DNA from: Candidatus Uhrbacteria bacterium RIFOXYC2_FULL_47_19 | GTDB taxonomy: Bacteria > Patescibacteriota > Patescibacteriia > SG8-24 | Assembly: GCA_001791745.1 (NCBI GenBank) | Contig: MGFG01000026.1 | Span: forward strand, 1 to 55,706 | Reading direction: 5' to 3' | DNA length: 55,706 nucleotides | Part shown: piece by piece, positions 29,437-40,014 of the stretch | Position numbering within the stretch: position 1 is the stretch's first letter | How the letters are laid out: the number at the start of each line of letters is the position of its first letter | Made by a program: the position numbers and the translations under genes | Notes under the pieces: model-generated | The model's input: the letters and a program-made list of their open reading frames with translations, nothing else | What the model was told of the DNA's origin: nothing | Database searches by the model: none

Positions 29437-29493
29437 GGTATCCTAGGAATAAACTCGGCCGTTATTCAGCTGGTTGGTGAATATTAAGCGATT

Positions 29494-30588
29494 ATGGAGA
29501 GAACATCTAAGTTGGAAGGTCTTACTTCATCTTCAGAGGACATCATTAATGAGTCAGCTGTTGAGGTAGATTCTTCGCCAGAAGGGCGGATTGAGGCTTT
29601 TGAGGAAACAGGTGATGACCTATTAGTCGAACCTGACGTTGTGTCGCAGGTCGATCAGATAAAGAAACAGCAGGCCGAAAATAGACAAATGGAAGCTTTA
29701 CGAGCAGAACTGGCGGTCGATCCCATGCTGGCCAAGGAAAGGGAACTGATCGCTCAGGATCCGGAGTTGGCTCGAGCTTATCGTGAGATTGTGGAGAACG
29801 AGAATCAGGATTTTTTGCGCGAGAAGAGTGCTGCCCAAGTTAAGGAGTTGGAACAGCATTTTTTTGGTCCGTTTTCGATTTTCAAGATCGGCGAGCGTCG
29901 GCGAAAAAAGGCCAAACTTGAGGAGTTTCAGCGGTTCGTCGACGGAATGACACCTGTTCGGGCAGACAAGAACGATTTTGACGAGTTTAAAAGTCCTGAA
30001 ATGTCAGGCCTGGTTTCAAGTTATGGCGCGCAAGATACCTTGGTTCGTGCCGAGAGGTACGTCTACGGTTCGTTCGTCGAGATAGGGCACTTCATGTCTC
30101 GGGGAAAAAATCAGCGGGAGTTGGATCGAGCTGATATCGAGCCGCGGGCGCAGATTGTCATGAATGACGTGGCTAATGTACAAGCCAGAAGAAAAGACGG
30201 ATCGTTCATGAAGAAGTACCTGACTAACGTCTTTGATTTTGAAAACGGCCGGAAGGTATTGGCGTTGTATCTGGCCAGCGTTTTCGATACGCCGGATCAG
30301 GCCGTTCGGATGATCGGTAAGTGCGGTGTCACCGAAGCGCAGCGCTGGGACGAACTGGACCTGCTGAGCTACAGCGATCCGTCGTTCCGGTCAGAGTCGG
30401 CAGAGGACTTTAAAGCGCAGCAGAAGCGTGAGGCCGAACTTTCCGACCTGTTCGTCGGCCGCATGAAAGATCTTTTGAGGGAGACCGGTCTTGAGCCGCC
30501 GCTCAGTTTGGAGATCAGGGTACGGGACACGGCTCGGGTGAAACGGTCGGACAGCGGCCTGGCTGGTGATTCAGCTCGCGCCGCCTGA
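29494..30588 (+). CDS. Hypothetical protein
   Basis: 364-aa ORF with acidic/coiled-coil N-terminus; no motif recognised. Confidence 0.7.
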   Translation: MERTSKLEGLTSSSEDIINESAVEVDSSPEGRIEAFEETGDDLLVEPDVVSQVDQIKKQQAENRQMEALRAELAVDPMLAKERELIAQDPELARAYREIVENENQDFLREKSAAQVKELEQHFFGPFSIFKIGERRRKKAKLEEFQRFVDGMTPVRADKNDFDEFKSPEMSGLVSSYGAQDTLVRAERYVYGSFVEIGHFMSRGKNQRELDRADIEPRAQIVMNDVANVQARRKDGSFMKKYLTNVFDFENGRKVLALYLASVFDTPDQAVRMIGKCGVTEAQRWDELDLLSYSDPSFRSESAEDFKAQQKREAELSDLFVGRMKDLLRETGLEPPLSLEIRVRDTARVKRSDSGLAGDSARAA

Positions 30589-30698
30589 GTTGTTGGGTTT
30601 CGGTTTTGGTCAGCAGGAAAAATTCCGTAATTAGAAAGCGCCCCGCTGAAAAGCAACAGGGCGCTTGTTTGTGAGAGGGTGAGGTGGGGGGGGGAGCG

Positions 30699-31169
30699 CT
30701 AGCGGCCCTCTTTCCCTTCCATAGCGTCGAGGTAAGCCTCGATCGCCATTCGGGGATCGGACGGCTGCCGGCAGGCGTAGTCGCTGTCCGGGTAGTCGGA
30801 CTGCCACAGGCCGTTCTCGTTCTGCCAGTACTTGTAGGTCCCGTTCGAGAACGGAACAAAGCCGGTACCGGCGCAGCCTCTGTGGGTCCAGGTGATGCCC
30901 TTGGAACGGAACCAGGTTTTGAGCTCGGTGAGCTGGGCCTGGTTTCCGTGATGGGCACGGAGGTGGGTTTCACTCACTTTACCCTCTAAGATCAGGGGGT
31001 TAGTGAAAACCCAGGCTTGGTGTTCCGGGCTGTTTTTGATCTCCCGGACCATGGCCGAGAATCGGCCATTGGGGTTAGGCCACATGGCTACGACTCCGTT
31101 GTTGTGACCGAAGATGAAATCTTCGGTCGGTCCGGTGGCATGGCGGGCGGCGGCGGTGTTTTCGCTCAT
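30699..31169 (-). CDS. Hypothetical protein
   Basis: AAGGAG Shine-Dalgarno before the ATG at 31169 (MSENT...); GC-rich codons; 156 aa. Confidence 0.65.
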   Translation of the reverse strand: MSENTAAARHATGPTEDFIFGHNNGVVAMWPNPNGRFSAMVREIKNSPEHQAWVFTNPLILEGKVSETHLRAHHGNQAQLTELKTWFRSKGITWTHRGCAGTGFVPFSNGTYKYWQNENGLWQSDYPDSDYACRQPSDPRMAIEAYLDAMEGKEGR

Positions 31170-31411
31170 GACTGTTCTCCTTGGCAGCTTCCCTGTCCTT
31201 TTTTCAGGGTCAGCCCCGGTGAGAGGCCGATCGGGACGCTTCCGTCGCACTGTGCGGCGGCCAGCTCCAGACCGGTGTGTCGGTTGTCAGACCGACGACG
31301 TTGAAGTCTATCGGCAAAAACCGTCTTTGTCAAGGTTTGGCTACCGATTTAACCAAAAACGCCGCCTTTTACAGCGACGTCTTTTGTCTGAACCTAATTA
31401 CTTTGAAAGTC

Positions 31412-33310
31412 CTATCGTAGGACGCCGCCCCACTCGACGACAGTGAAACCCCGGCGAACGAAAGGTCGGATAGTCGGGGGATTCGAAGGTTCCGGTCCGT
31501 CGAGTTCGATGAAGTCCATGAGGATGCGCAGGACACTGTCCGGCGATGGAGTGGTCTCGAGAGGAGCGATCCGATCCATCGTCTCAGTGTCGTGGAAGCC
31601 GATGCGGTAGTAAACTGAGGCTTCCATACGGGGCAACCAGAACTCCGTGAAGTCAGCAATCTCGTGGTCGACGAGGCCGATTTCGACCAGCGTGTCGTGC
31701 AGGAAACTCGGTACGTCTTCCTTAGCCACAACCCAGTAATTTTCTGGATCTTCATAGAGTCCGCCGATCCCTTCCCAGAACAGGTAGGGGTAGGACTCGC
31801 CATCGTTGCGGTCTACAAGCTGTCCGTCCGGACTGGCCGTAATGCGCCAACCATTATTGTAGGTCGGTTCGGTCGCGGAGAATCCGCCGGTCGGTTCGAG
31901 ACGTACGTCGATGTTGGTCTCGGTTTCCGGATAGAGGTAGATGACCGGCTTGCCGCATTCACCTTGCGGACCAACCATGATGTTAGTGAGGCGTATCCAG
32001 CGGCCAAGTCCGTCACGTACAAAGACTACGGAGTCTTGTTCGGTGCGCCAGTCGCCGGCTGCTTTCTGCTCCTCTGTTTGGTAGGTCGTCTCCATGAGGT
32101 CGGTATAGGCGGCTGAGTCGAGGTTCTCCGAGCGATAAATCGGAACATCAAACTGTCCGGTGGTGACGTTGCGCAGGTCACCGACTTTAGTCAGTGGTTT
32201 GATGTCATCCTCAGTGAAGACGGAAGTGAAATGAGAGAAGCCACAGCCTCCGCGGGTGCCGGGGGTCATCCTGACCGTTTGCTCGCTGCCGTCCGTCCAT
32301 CTGAAATTAAGGTCGGAAACCATTTCGTTTCGGTTGTTCATGAACGGAAGTGCTATCTCTAGTCTGAGCATCATCCCATCCTCGCGTAGATAGTAGAACG
32401 AGCCATCTTCCCTTTCATAGGTTTCTATTTCGGCCTTGGGTCCGGTCAGACGGACGGCCTTGCCATTCTTAGGTGTGGAAATGGCATTTTCGCGGTTTAG
32501 TATGTTGACGATCGAGAAGCTGTTGCCTTGATCGTCGGAAAACATACCGACATTGTCGAATGTGGGAATGTGTGTCTCGGTCTCGAAGGCAGTTCCTGCG
32601 GCAATGATGTCCAATGTTCCCTCTGGAAAATCGTCCGTGAGCCATTTGCGGACTGATTTAGCATTGGATGCAGTAGTAGCTCCTATTAGTCCTGTATCGT
32701 ACGGCGGATACGAGTCCAGGATGACTGAACGGCTGAGTGGTGAGGACGGAACAAGGACGTAGAAGTTAGGGAAAGAAGCTCCCATGCCGAGAAAGATAAC
32801 CGTCTGTTGGGTCAGTTCATAGCCGTCATAAGCACCACCTCGGACTTGGCCTAGAGGGTAAGAATCTCCAGCGAAGAAAGAATCATTACCTACATCAGAA
32901 GTGTGCGTTTTATCATCGGAAAAATAACCGAGGGCTGCCCTGAACGACGGCAGTGGGGCGGACCTTTTTTGCAGGTCGACCGGTATCCAATCGATGTCCA
33001 GCTCGCCACCGTAGGAGACTACAGTCGGTTCAGTTTGGCCGTTGGCCAGCTCGGTTATGAGAGATGATTCGGTCGAGTCTGGATCCTGATTCGTTTGTTC
33101 GTCGCGGAGCGTGAGTAGTTCGTCTTTGGCTTGCTGGAGCTGCTCCTTGAGCAGTGTATTTGACTCCGTTCTTTCTTTGATAGTGGAGGCGGTCATACTG
33201 CCGATAATGATCGCACCACCGATCGCTAGCAATAGAAAGATGCCGACAGCTACGCCGGTCATCAGTTGCCGTTTGGTTACCTGTTTTTCGTTCGGATTGT
33301 CTAAAGACAT
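31412..33310 (-). CDS. Membrane-anchored protein with C-terminal KPVIYLYP domain
   Basis: N-terminal TM helix and coiled coil; KPVIYLYP, YLFWEG, F..FW.P.M, VVEWGG. Confidence 0.8.
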   Translation of the reverse strand: MSLDNPNEKQVTKRQLMTGVAVGIFLLLAIGGAIIIGSMTASTIKERTESNTLLKEQLQQAKDELLTLRDEQTNQDPDSTESSLITELANGQTEPTVVSYGGELDIDWIPVDLQKRSAPLPSFRAALGYFSDDKTHTSDVGNDSFFAGDSYPLGQVRGGAYDGYELTQQTVIFLGMGASFPNFYVLVPSSPLSRSVILDSYPPYDTGLIGATTASNAKSVRKWLTDDFPEGTLDIIAAGTAFETETHIPTFDNVGMFSDDQGNSFSIVNILNRENAISTPKNGKAVRLTGPKAEIETYEREDGSFYYLREDGMMLRLEIALPFMNNRNEMVSDLNFRWTDGSEQTVRMTPGTRGGCGFSHFTSVFTEDDIKPLTKVGDLRNVTTGQFDVPIYRSENLDSAAYTDLMETTYQTEEQKAAGDWRTEQDSVVFVRDGLGRWIRLTNIMVGPQGECGKPVIYLYPETETNIDVRLEPTGGFSATEPTYNNGWRITASPDGQLVDRNDGESYPYLFWEGIGGLYEDPENYWVVAKEDVPSFLHDTLVEIGLVDHEIADFTEFWLPRMEASVYYRIGFHDTETMDRIAPLETTPSPDSVLRILMDFIELDGPEPSNPPTIRPFVRRGFTVVEWGGVLR

Positions 33311-33354
33311 ATTGCTTGATTAATGAGATGGACATCGTTAGTGACGACGCACTA

Positions 33355-35259
33355 TCAGTACGATCTTATCACACTATCAAGTCTTCCACTGCGTAGTTGA
33401 GCCGTAAGTTGCGGATCTGACCGTTCGGCGATCGACTTGAAGATGGCTGTCGCCGCCGTGTCGGAGATCGGAGTCGGCCGTCCGCCTCGGCCGTAGGTCG
33501 GCAGCAGACGCAGGGACAGGTTTTCCCCGTCAGTCATCACGCCGATTGCAAGCTGGTTCCAGCCTTCTACGTTGTACTGGTCGAAGATGAAGTTGCCCAA
33601 GGAGTAGACGACCGGCACGCCATCAACCAGCTCGATATCCTGGACCATATGCGGATGCGAACCAACAATCAGGTCCGCACCGACCCTGATCATTTTTTGA
33701 GCCAGTGCATGTTGAGCCGCCGAATGGGTGAGTGCGTATTCATTGCCCCAGTGTGGCATGACAATGACGAGTCGTCCGTCTCTCTTTTCCGACGCAATCA
33801 CGTCTAATAGCTCAAGTTCGTTCGGCGCGAAGGCATGGTAGCCGATGATGCTGTAAGACAATCCGTCGATTTCGCCGTGATGGACCGGTAATGGCGTGCG
33901 CCATGAGCCGAACCAAAGGAATCCGATTTCATCGAGCTGATTTTGCATCTCCGTTTCGCCGCTGCTCCCCAGATCGCGTGTATGGTTGTTCGCCAGCGAG
34001 ACGAGATCGAGATGCGAGCTGGCTTCGATGACAGCTTCCGGACTCATGACCAGTTCGAACGGAGGATCGTAGGTCATCTTACTACTGCGGTCGCTCAGCA
34101 CTCCTTCGAGATTTCCAACCGCCAGGTTAGTTCCAGATAGGAAGCGGTCCATTTCCCGCCATGGTGCATCGACCCCGTCGCGGCCAATCATTAGTCTAAT
34201 GTCGCGATCTAGCATGACGTCGCCGACGAAGATCATGCTCGCCAGACTCTCGCCTTCCGCCGGTCCCTCGGTGAAGCGTCCGATGATGTGGCTGGTGTTT
34301 TCTCGCCAGGCCGACGAATTCACGTCAGTCGTACCGAGCAGGTCGAGCGAACTACCGTGGTACATCTCCATCCAAGTCTGTTCGCCACGCAGACGGTTCA
34401 CTTCGAATAGAACGCTCATGACCGCGTTCGCGTCGATTTCTAGGCTGCAGGTTCCGTCGCAGCGTCCTCGTTCGAGGGCCGCTTGGGTTATCTCGTCATG
34501 GAACGACGCCGCATACAATGGAAGGTTATGCGACATATCCATACTCGCCACGACGATTGCGTCCGGAATCGAGGAGACTATGGCGGCAGCGAGCGCCTGC
34601 TGACCTTCGAGCGGGAAGCTGTCGTGAAGTACGATGGGCACGATGTGGGCGTTCGGGAACGAGCGTGCCACGAACGGAGTGATTGAGCCGATACCGTGCT
34701 CACCAGGGAAGGCGCGCTCGTCGACACGAACATCGTGTCGAATGTGTTCGGTCGGGGGCAGATCGAGTCCGGCCGTTGCTTTGAGCAACAGGTCGACCGC
34801 GTCCGTGTCGGTGCTGACTGGGCCATACGGCGTGTTCCAGGTTCCGCGGCTCAAGAGGGCTGAGCTGCCGCCGATGGAGAAATGATTAGGACTCAGGATA
34901 ACGACGGTCTGAGGTTGATCATCTCCAATGGACTCGAATAGTTCGGCGATTCTTGGAGCGACCAGCAGGTGATGTGCCACCAGAACACTTCGAGCGGGGA
35001 CGTGTGGCAACTCGTCGGCTTGTTCGTAGGCCCGATCAAAGAATTCGGCCGGCTCCATTCCACTTGAGTAAGACGGTACCAGCTCGTCTTCCAAAGTTTT
35101 TCGATCAGCAGGTGGCCGGATAACTGAGAAGGTCGATTTTATGTCGATGTCACGTTCATCTTCCCAGACCATCCAAGCAAACACTCCCGATCCGAGGGTG
35201 ATAGCTACGGCAATAACAGTGAGGAAGTGAGTAGGGCGCATATGCCGAAAGAATACCAC
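33355..35259 (-). CDS. MEMO1 (AmmeMemoRadiSam B)-CapA/PGA_cap metallophosphatase fusion
   Basis: AHH, SPNH, EH.I, S.D.SH (MEMO); GDVMLDR, NLEG, LANNH, PHWG.EY, GSHPH, YSLGNFIFDQ (CapA); N-terminal TM helix. Confidence 0.88.
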   Translation of the reverse strand: MVFFRHMRPTHFLTVIAVAITLGSGVFAWMVWEDERDIDIKSTFSVIRPPADRKTLEDELVPSYSSGMEPAEFFDRAYEQADELPHVPARSVLVAHHLLVAPRIAELFESIGDDQPQTVVILSPNHFSIGGSSALLSRGTWNTPYGPVSTDTDAVDLLLKATAGLDLPPTEHIRHDVRVDERAFPGEHGIGSITPFVARSFPNAHIVPIVLHDSFPLEGQQALAAAIVSSIPDAIVVASMDMSHNLPLYAASFHDEITQAALERGRCDGTCSLEIDANAVMSVLFEVNRLRGEQTWMEMYHGSSLDLLGTTDVNSSAWRENTSHIIGRFTEGPAEGESLASMIFVGDVMLDRDIRLMIGRDGVDAPWREMDRFLSGTNLAVGNLEGVLSDRSSKMTYDPPFELVMSPEAVIEASSHLDLVSLANNHTRDLGSSGETEMQNQLDEIGFLWFGSWRTPLPVHHGEIDGLSYSIIGYHAFAPNELELLDVIASEKRDGRLVIVMPHWGNEYALTHSAAQHALAQKMIRVGADLIVGSHPHMVQDIELVDGVPVVYSLGNFIFDQYNVEGWNQLAIGVMTDGENLSLRLLPTYGRGGRPTPISDTAATAIFKSIAERSDPQLTAQLRSGRLDSVIRSY

Positions 35260-35309
35260 AGGACTGATCCAGGCAGTTGTGGGTTTGGAGTAAGCAAGAC
35301 ATTCAGACC

Positions 35310-35336
35310 AAAAACGCCACCGCAGTGGTGGCGTTT
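35310..35336 (-). terminator. recA terminator
   Basis: AAACGCCACC-loop-GTGGCGTTT hairpin with T tract on the minus strand. Confidence 0.65.
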
Positions 35337-35360
35337 GGCTCGCTATAATTTTTTACCTTC

Positions 35361-36443
35361 TCAAGCCTGAGCTTTATCCTTCTCTTTAACCATTGGTGCA
35401 TTTTCTGCAGCCTGGGCCTTGTCCATGATTTCCTTTCTCAGTTTGGCGATCAGTTTCGGATCAGCTTTCAGGAAGGCCTTGGCCGTCTCCCGTCCAACAC
35501 CCAGCTTGATTTCGTTGTAGGAGTAGCTGTTACCGGATTTGGTGATCACTCCCTGCTCAACTCCTTGGTCAAGCACATCACCCGAGATTGAGATTCCTTC
35601 GTTGTACATAATGTCAAAAGTGCAGGTGCGGAATGGTGGTGCTACCTTGTTTTTGACGATTTTAACCTTGACCTGATTGCCGATAATTTTGTCACCTTGC
35701 TTGATTTGAGCCGAGCGGCGTACCTCCACACGGACCGAGCAGTAGAATTTGAGCGCATTACCACCAGAAGTGGTTTCTGGATTACCAAAGACGATGCCAA
35801 TTTTATGTCGAATCTGATTGATGAAGATGACGACGGTGTTGGTCTTAGCCGTGATACCGGTCAGTTTTCTGAGCGCCTGACTCATCAGCCTAGCTTGCAG
35901 TCCCATATGTTGGTCACCCATTTCACCCTCAATTTCGGCCTTGGGTACTAGAGCGGCTACCGAGTCGATTACTACTACATCGATCGCACCAGAGCGAACC
36001 AATGTTTCGGTAATTTCGAGTGCTTGTTCACCGTTATCTGGTTGGGAGATCAACAGTTCGTTAATGTTGACACCGATCTTGGTCGCGTATTCCGGATCCA
36101 GCGCATGCTCGGCATCCACGAAGGCGGCTGTCCCACCCAGTTTTTGAATCTCGGCAATGACGTGCTGGGCCAGGGTGGTTTTACCCGATGCTTCTGGACC
36201 GAAGATTTCAACCACTCGGCCGCGCGGCATTCCACCAACTCCCAAGGCTAAGTCGAGCGATAGACAACCTGTTGGTATGGCGTCTACATTGGTTCGCTTG
36301 GCATCGCCAAGTTTCATGATTGATCCGTCTCCGTACCTCTGTTTGATCTGCTCGATTGCAGCTCCCACAGCTTGCAGTCGTGCGCCCTTGTTATTGTCGG
36401 TCGAGCCTTTGGCATCGGCTTGACCCGTGTTTTTAGGAGCCAT
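35361..36443 (-). CDS. recA: Recombinase A
   Basis: [46 protein letters not shown]. Confidence 0.99.
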   Translation of the reverse strand: MAPKNTGQADAKGSTDNNKGARLQAVGAAIEQIKQRYGDGSIMKLGDAKRTNVDAIPTGCLSLDLALGVGGMPRGRVVEIFGPEASGKTTLAQHVIAEIQKLGGTAAFVDAEHALDPEYATKIGVNINELLISQPDNGEQALEITETLVRSGAIDVVVIDSVAALVPKAEIEGEMGDQHMGLQARLMSQALRKLTGITAKTNTVVIFINQIRHKIGIVFGNPETTSGGNALKFYCSVRVEVRRSAQIKQGDKIIGNQVKVKIVKNKVAPPFRTCTFDIMYNEGISISGDVLDQGVEQGVITKSGNSYSYNEIKLGVGRETAKAFLKADPKLIAKLRKEIMDKAQAAENAPMVKEKDKAQA

Positions 36444-36520
36444 AGTAGTGCGTGGTTTAAGAGTTATGGCCTTAGTTGCTTAACTGATTGATTAATTTGG
36501 CGCAAGGGCCAAAGTCGGTT

Positions 36521-37240
36521 CTACCGTTCGGAGGTTCCACCTAGAGCGGCGGTTGGTCTATCTCGTGGATCGACAACTACTCGACGGGTTAGTTCGGTGC
36601 TTTTGCCGTGTCTTCGAGCTGCTGTCACAGTGATGACGTTGAGTCCATCACGTAAATCCATCTGGTCAGTAAAGTTTCCGCTATCGTCAATGGTGATCAG
36701 TTTACCATTTACTAGTAATTGAACCTCTCGTTCAGTTCTTCCTTCAATGGTTAACATCTTGTCGTGGAGTACCAGACCATCTTGTGGCGAAGCTAGAGTT
36801 AGCATCGGTGGTGCAACCATGTGATAGGTTCTAACTGCAAAAAAAAGACCAACACCAAAGACAGCCAGAACAATTAAAGAAGTTCGGATTATGTTGGGTG
36901 TGACTAGTAACTTGGTAGTAGGTATATGGGTAAGTGGATGACGACGTAGACGCGGTGAGAATTCAATTGGTGTAGAAGGAAGAAGTTGTTGTTCATTTCG
37001 ATAGGCCGCAACAATTGTTTTAGGATCAAATCGTAAAAAGTGGCAGTATTCAGCCAGCTTGTTTCGAGCAAAAACATCGGCTGTCACGCCACTCTTTAAG
37101 TCGCCTTCAAAAAAGGCAATATATCTTTCGGGTACACCGGACTTAGCTGCTGCTTCTGAACGCGTTAGACCTTCATCAGCTCTAGCACCGCTGAGTATTT
37201 GAGCTACCCGGACGTTTCCATTGTTTTTTTTCTTTTCCAT
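36521..37240 (-). CDS. RodZ-like protein (XRE HTH, TM helix, Ig-like domain)
   Basis: HTH region L..AR...GL...A...I..E, central TM helix, C-terminal L.DG.N.I.V.A; located between ftsK and recA. Confidence 0.7.
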   Translation of the reverse strand: MEKKKNNGNVRVAQILSGARADEGLTRSEAAAKSGVPERYIAFFEGDLKSGVTADVFARNKLAEYCHFLRFDPKTIVAAYRNEQQLLPSTPIEFSPRLRRHPLTHIPTTKLLVTPNIIRTSLIVLAVFGVGLFFAVRTYHMVAPPMLTLASPQDGLVLHDKMLTIEGRTEREVQLLVNGKLITIDDSGNFTDQMDLRDGLNVITVTAARRHGKSTELTRRVVVDPRDRPTAALGGTSER

Positions 37241-37277
37241 CTAAAATCTTTAGTTGACCGAGCAATTTACATCATCG

Positions 37278-39449
37278 TCATTCCTCGTCGTCTTCGGAGA
37301 AATGGACTCCATCCTCATCGTTGATGCCATGAACTAAAATCTGCCTCGGTTTGGCTCCATCTCCGGGTCCAATGATACCTCGTTCTTCGAGCAAGTCCAA
37401 CAATCGTGCAGCTCGCGCATAGCCAACTTTTAGACGTCGTTGTAGATAAGAGGCCGAGGCTTTACCAGCTTTGACTACAGTTGCCCGGGCCTCATCATAA
37501 AGTTCATCGTCATCATCGTCGGCTCCGGAGAAGCTCGAACTACCACCAGTCTTCTTTTCGGTAACACCTTCAACATATTCAACTGGTTCATCCATCTTCT
37601 CGACAATGAAGCCAACTACTTGTTTGATGTCTCGATCACTAACGTAGCAACACTGGATACGTTTAGGTTTGGATAGGTCGGAAGATACGAAGAGCATGTC
37701 ACCACGACCAACTAGTTTTTCCGCCCCAGGTGTATCGAGAATAGTTCGAGAATCCATGGACGAGGCGACCGAGAAGGCGATACGCGAGGTAATGTTGGCT
37801 TTGATTAGTCCAGTGATAACGTCGACTGATGGACGTTGAGTAGCAATGACGAGATGAATACCAACCGCCCGAGACATTTGGGCCAGACGAATGATAGCCG
37901 CCTCGACTTCGGCAGCCGAAGCCACCATTAAATCAGCCAGTTCATCGACTACCAGTACAATGTAAGGCAATTTGTCATCCGGATTTCTTTCATTGTAACT
38001 ACCAATATCGCGACAGGCTGACTTAGAGAGTAAATCGAACCGTCGTTCCATCTCACCAATGGCCCATTTGAATGAGTTGATGATTTTTGGGACTTCGGTA
38101 ATGGCCGGTGTCAATAAGTGAGGAATACCGTTATAGACTGGCAGTTCGACTCGTTTTGGATCTATTAGTAGTAACTTCAAATCTTCAGGACTGTTCTGGT
38201 AAATGAGTGACAAGATGATGGTGTTGAGACAGACCGTCTTACCGGAACCAGTGGCACCAGCGACTAGCAAGTGTGGCATTTTGGACATGTCGGCCAACCA
38301 AGCCTTACCTGCCACATCACGACCCAAGCAGATCGTTAGTTGAGATTTGCGTTGGGCGAATTCTTTTGACTCCAATACTTCGCGCAGAGTAACCGTAGCT
38401 ACTGTATGGTTCGGGACCTCGATTCCAACTAGTGACTTGCCAGGTATTGGTGCCTCAATACGGATCGGGTGTGCGGCTAAAGCTAGTGCCAGATCGTTCG
38501 ATAATGAAGTAATGCGTGCTAGTTTGACTCCGTCGGATGGTTTGAGAGTGAATTGAGTTACTGTTGGTCCGACACTCACATCACCCATCTCCACCGGTAC
38601 ACCGAAGTTCTCGAGTGTTTTTCGGATAGTCATCATTCGACCATGGATGTCGCCAGAGGTTGGTTTGGAAATGCGGTTTTCGAGTAGGTCAATAGGAATT
38701 GGTATTTTGCGATAGTGCTTTCTTGGTTTAGGGACTGGTTCTAGATCGTAGTCACTAACACGAACAGAATCTTTCGATGACTCATCGGTTTCCTCGTCAT
38801 CTTTTTCTGCATCTTCGTCGTCTTCAATTGTATCCTCATCTTCAAACTCTTCTTCATCGTCATCCATACTATCTTTGTTACCGAAGGGGATCAGATCCGA
38901 ATACCTGACTTTCTCCCAGAGCTCGTGGAGCGATAGATTGGAAGCTAGGACCACAGAGGCTAGTATGACTGCCACGATAATAATAACTGCAGCCCAGAGT
39001 CCTAGTAGTGCGACCAAGGGGTAGGCTAGGATCAGGCCGAGGTATCCGCCAGCTGAGCTGATTTCTTCAATATATAGAGAACCACTTTCACTAGCCGATT
39101 TTATAATATCGATCAGCGCGGCAATGGAAACTAATAAGAAGCCGATGCTGATGATTGTTATACGGCGGATTGGATAACGTTCAGGAAAAGCCAGACAAGC
39201 TGCAATGACTAGCAGTACGACTGGGAAGATGTATTTTAGTAAACCGAAAAGTGTGCCAAGTGACACGTTAAGTAGGTGGCCGACCGGTCCAGCTATCTGA
39301 AAGAAGGCTAAGGTGGAGACTAAAGCTAGAACCACCAGTAATACGGCAGCTAGTTCACGTTTAGCCTTGGGCGACATTTCGAAGGTTGGTCCGTCGTTTC
39401 GACGGGATGTTTTTTCTCTCCGTCGGTAGTTTCTTCTGGCCATAAACAA
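37278..39449 (-). CDS. ftsK: DNA translocase FtsK
   Basis: N-terminal TM helices, IRIEAPIPGK, PHLLVAGATGSGK, DELADLM, ATQRPSVDV, gamma domain LQRRLKVGYARAARL. Confidence 0.98.
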   Translation of the reverse strand: MFMARRNYRRREKTSRRNDGPTFEMSPKAKRELAAVLLVVLALVSTLAFFQIAGPVGHLLNVSLGTLFGLLKYIFPVVLLVIAACLAFPERYPIRRITIISIGFLLVSIAALIDIIKSASESGSLYIEEISSAGGYLGLILAYPLVALLGLWAAVIIIVAVILASVVLASNLSLHELWEKVRYSDLIPFGNKDSMDDDEEEFEDEDTIEDDEDAEKDDEETDESSKDSVRVSDYDLEPVPKPRKHYRKIPIPIDLLENRISKPTSGDIHGRMMTIRKTLENFGVPVEMGDVSVGPTVTQFTLKPSDGVKLARITSLSNDLALALAAHPIRIEAPIPGKSLVGIEVPNHTVATVTLREVLESKEFAQRKSQLTICLGRDVAGKAWLADMSKMPHLLVAGATGSGKTVCLNTIILSLIYQNSPEDLKLLLIDPKRVELPVYNGIPHLLTPAITEVPKIINSFKWAIGEMERRFDLLSKSACRDIGSYNERNPDDKLPYIVLVVDELADLMVASAAEVEAAIIRLAQMSRAVGIHLVIATQRPSVDVITGLIKANITSRIAFSVASSMDSRTILDTPGAEKLVGRGDMLFVSSDLSKPKRIQCCYVSDRDIKQVVGFIVEKMDEPVEYVEGVTEKKTGGSSSFSGADDDDDELYDEARATVVKAGKASASYLQRRLKVGYARAARLLDLLEERGIIGPGDGAKPRQILVHGINDEDGVHFSEDDEE

Positions 39450-39532
39450 ATTTAATGGATGGAGTCTGCCTTTCGGGAAGGATTATATCAAATTGGGCGA
39501 CACCTAAGAAATTTTTTTACTAAAAACAGAAA

Positions 39533-39726
39533 ACGACTCGCTATAGGGCCGCAGCTACCGAGAAAGTGTCTGTCCGAGAAGTGCCGATGCCGAGTGCATT
39601 CGACGAGAGGGCAGAACCCTGAGGGTCAGGGAAAGGGGATGGATCAGAGACGAAGACGTCATTGGGCCATCTCTAATGCCCGGATGGATTTAACTTGACT
39701 GTAGCCGCGGCTATGCAGAGAGTCGT
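39533..39726 (-). ncRNA. Candidate 6S-like structured RNA (strand tentative)
   Basis: 194 nt closed by ACGACTC/GAGTCGT and CCGCAGCTAC/GTAGCCGCGG; GC-rich island in AT-rich spacer; minus strand gives a G-U pair and a 3' U tract. Confidence 0.5.
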
Positions 39727-39985
39727 CTATTATTTAATAATGATACTTCTTTTTTTGGTCTTAGACTAGGTTTAAAGGTGTTTTTTACACCCCTTTCTTA
39801 TTAGAAAGGTATTATTTCAGCTGGTGAAAAAATACAACCTTGATGGTTAAGGCTAAAAGACCTTGTGGATAAGTTTTTAAGGCTTCTAAGAGTTTTTTCA
39901 ACTACTGAGGTCTAGTTGAAATGATCAAAAAATCGCTTATTTTAGTTAATTATTTTGAACTCTTGACAAGATGAAAGGTCAGCTC

Positions 39986-40014
39986 TTGACCTTTAAATCA
40001 ATTTTTGATAGATT
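39986..40014 (+). promoter_or_regulatory. rpoB promoter
   Basis: TTGACC-17 bp-TAGATT with extended -10 TG, about 325 nt upstream of the ATG. Confidence 0.6.

Noticed and set aside
39459-39698. 79-aa ORF between ftsK and rpoB
   Set aside because: No recognisable motif; it overlaps a region better explained as a structured RNA.
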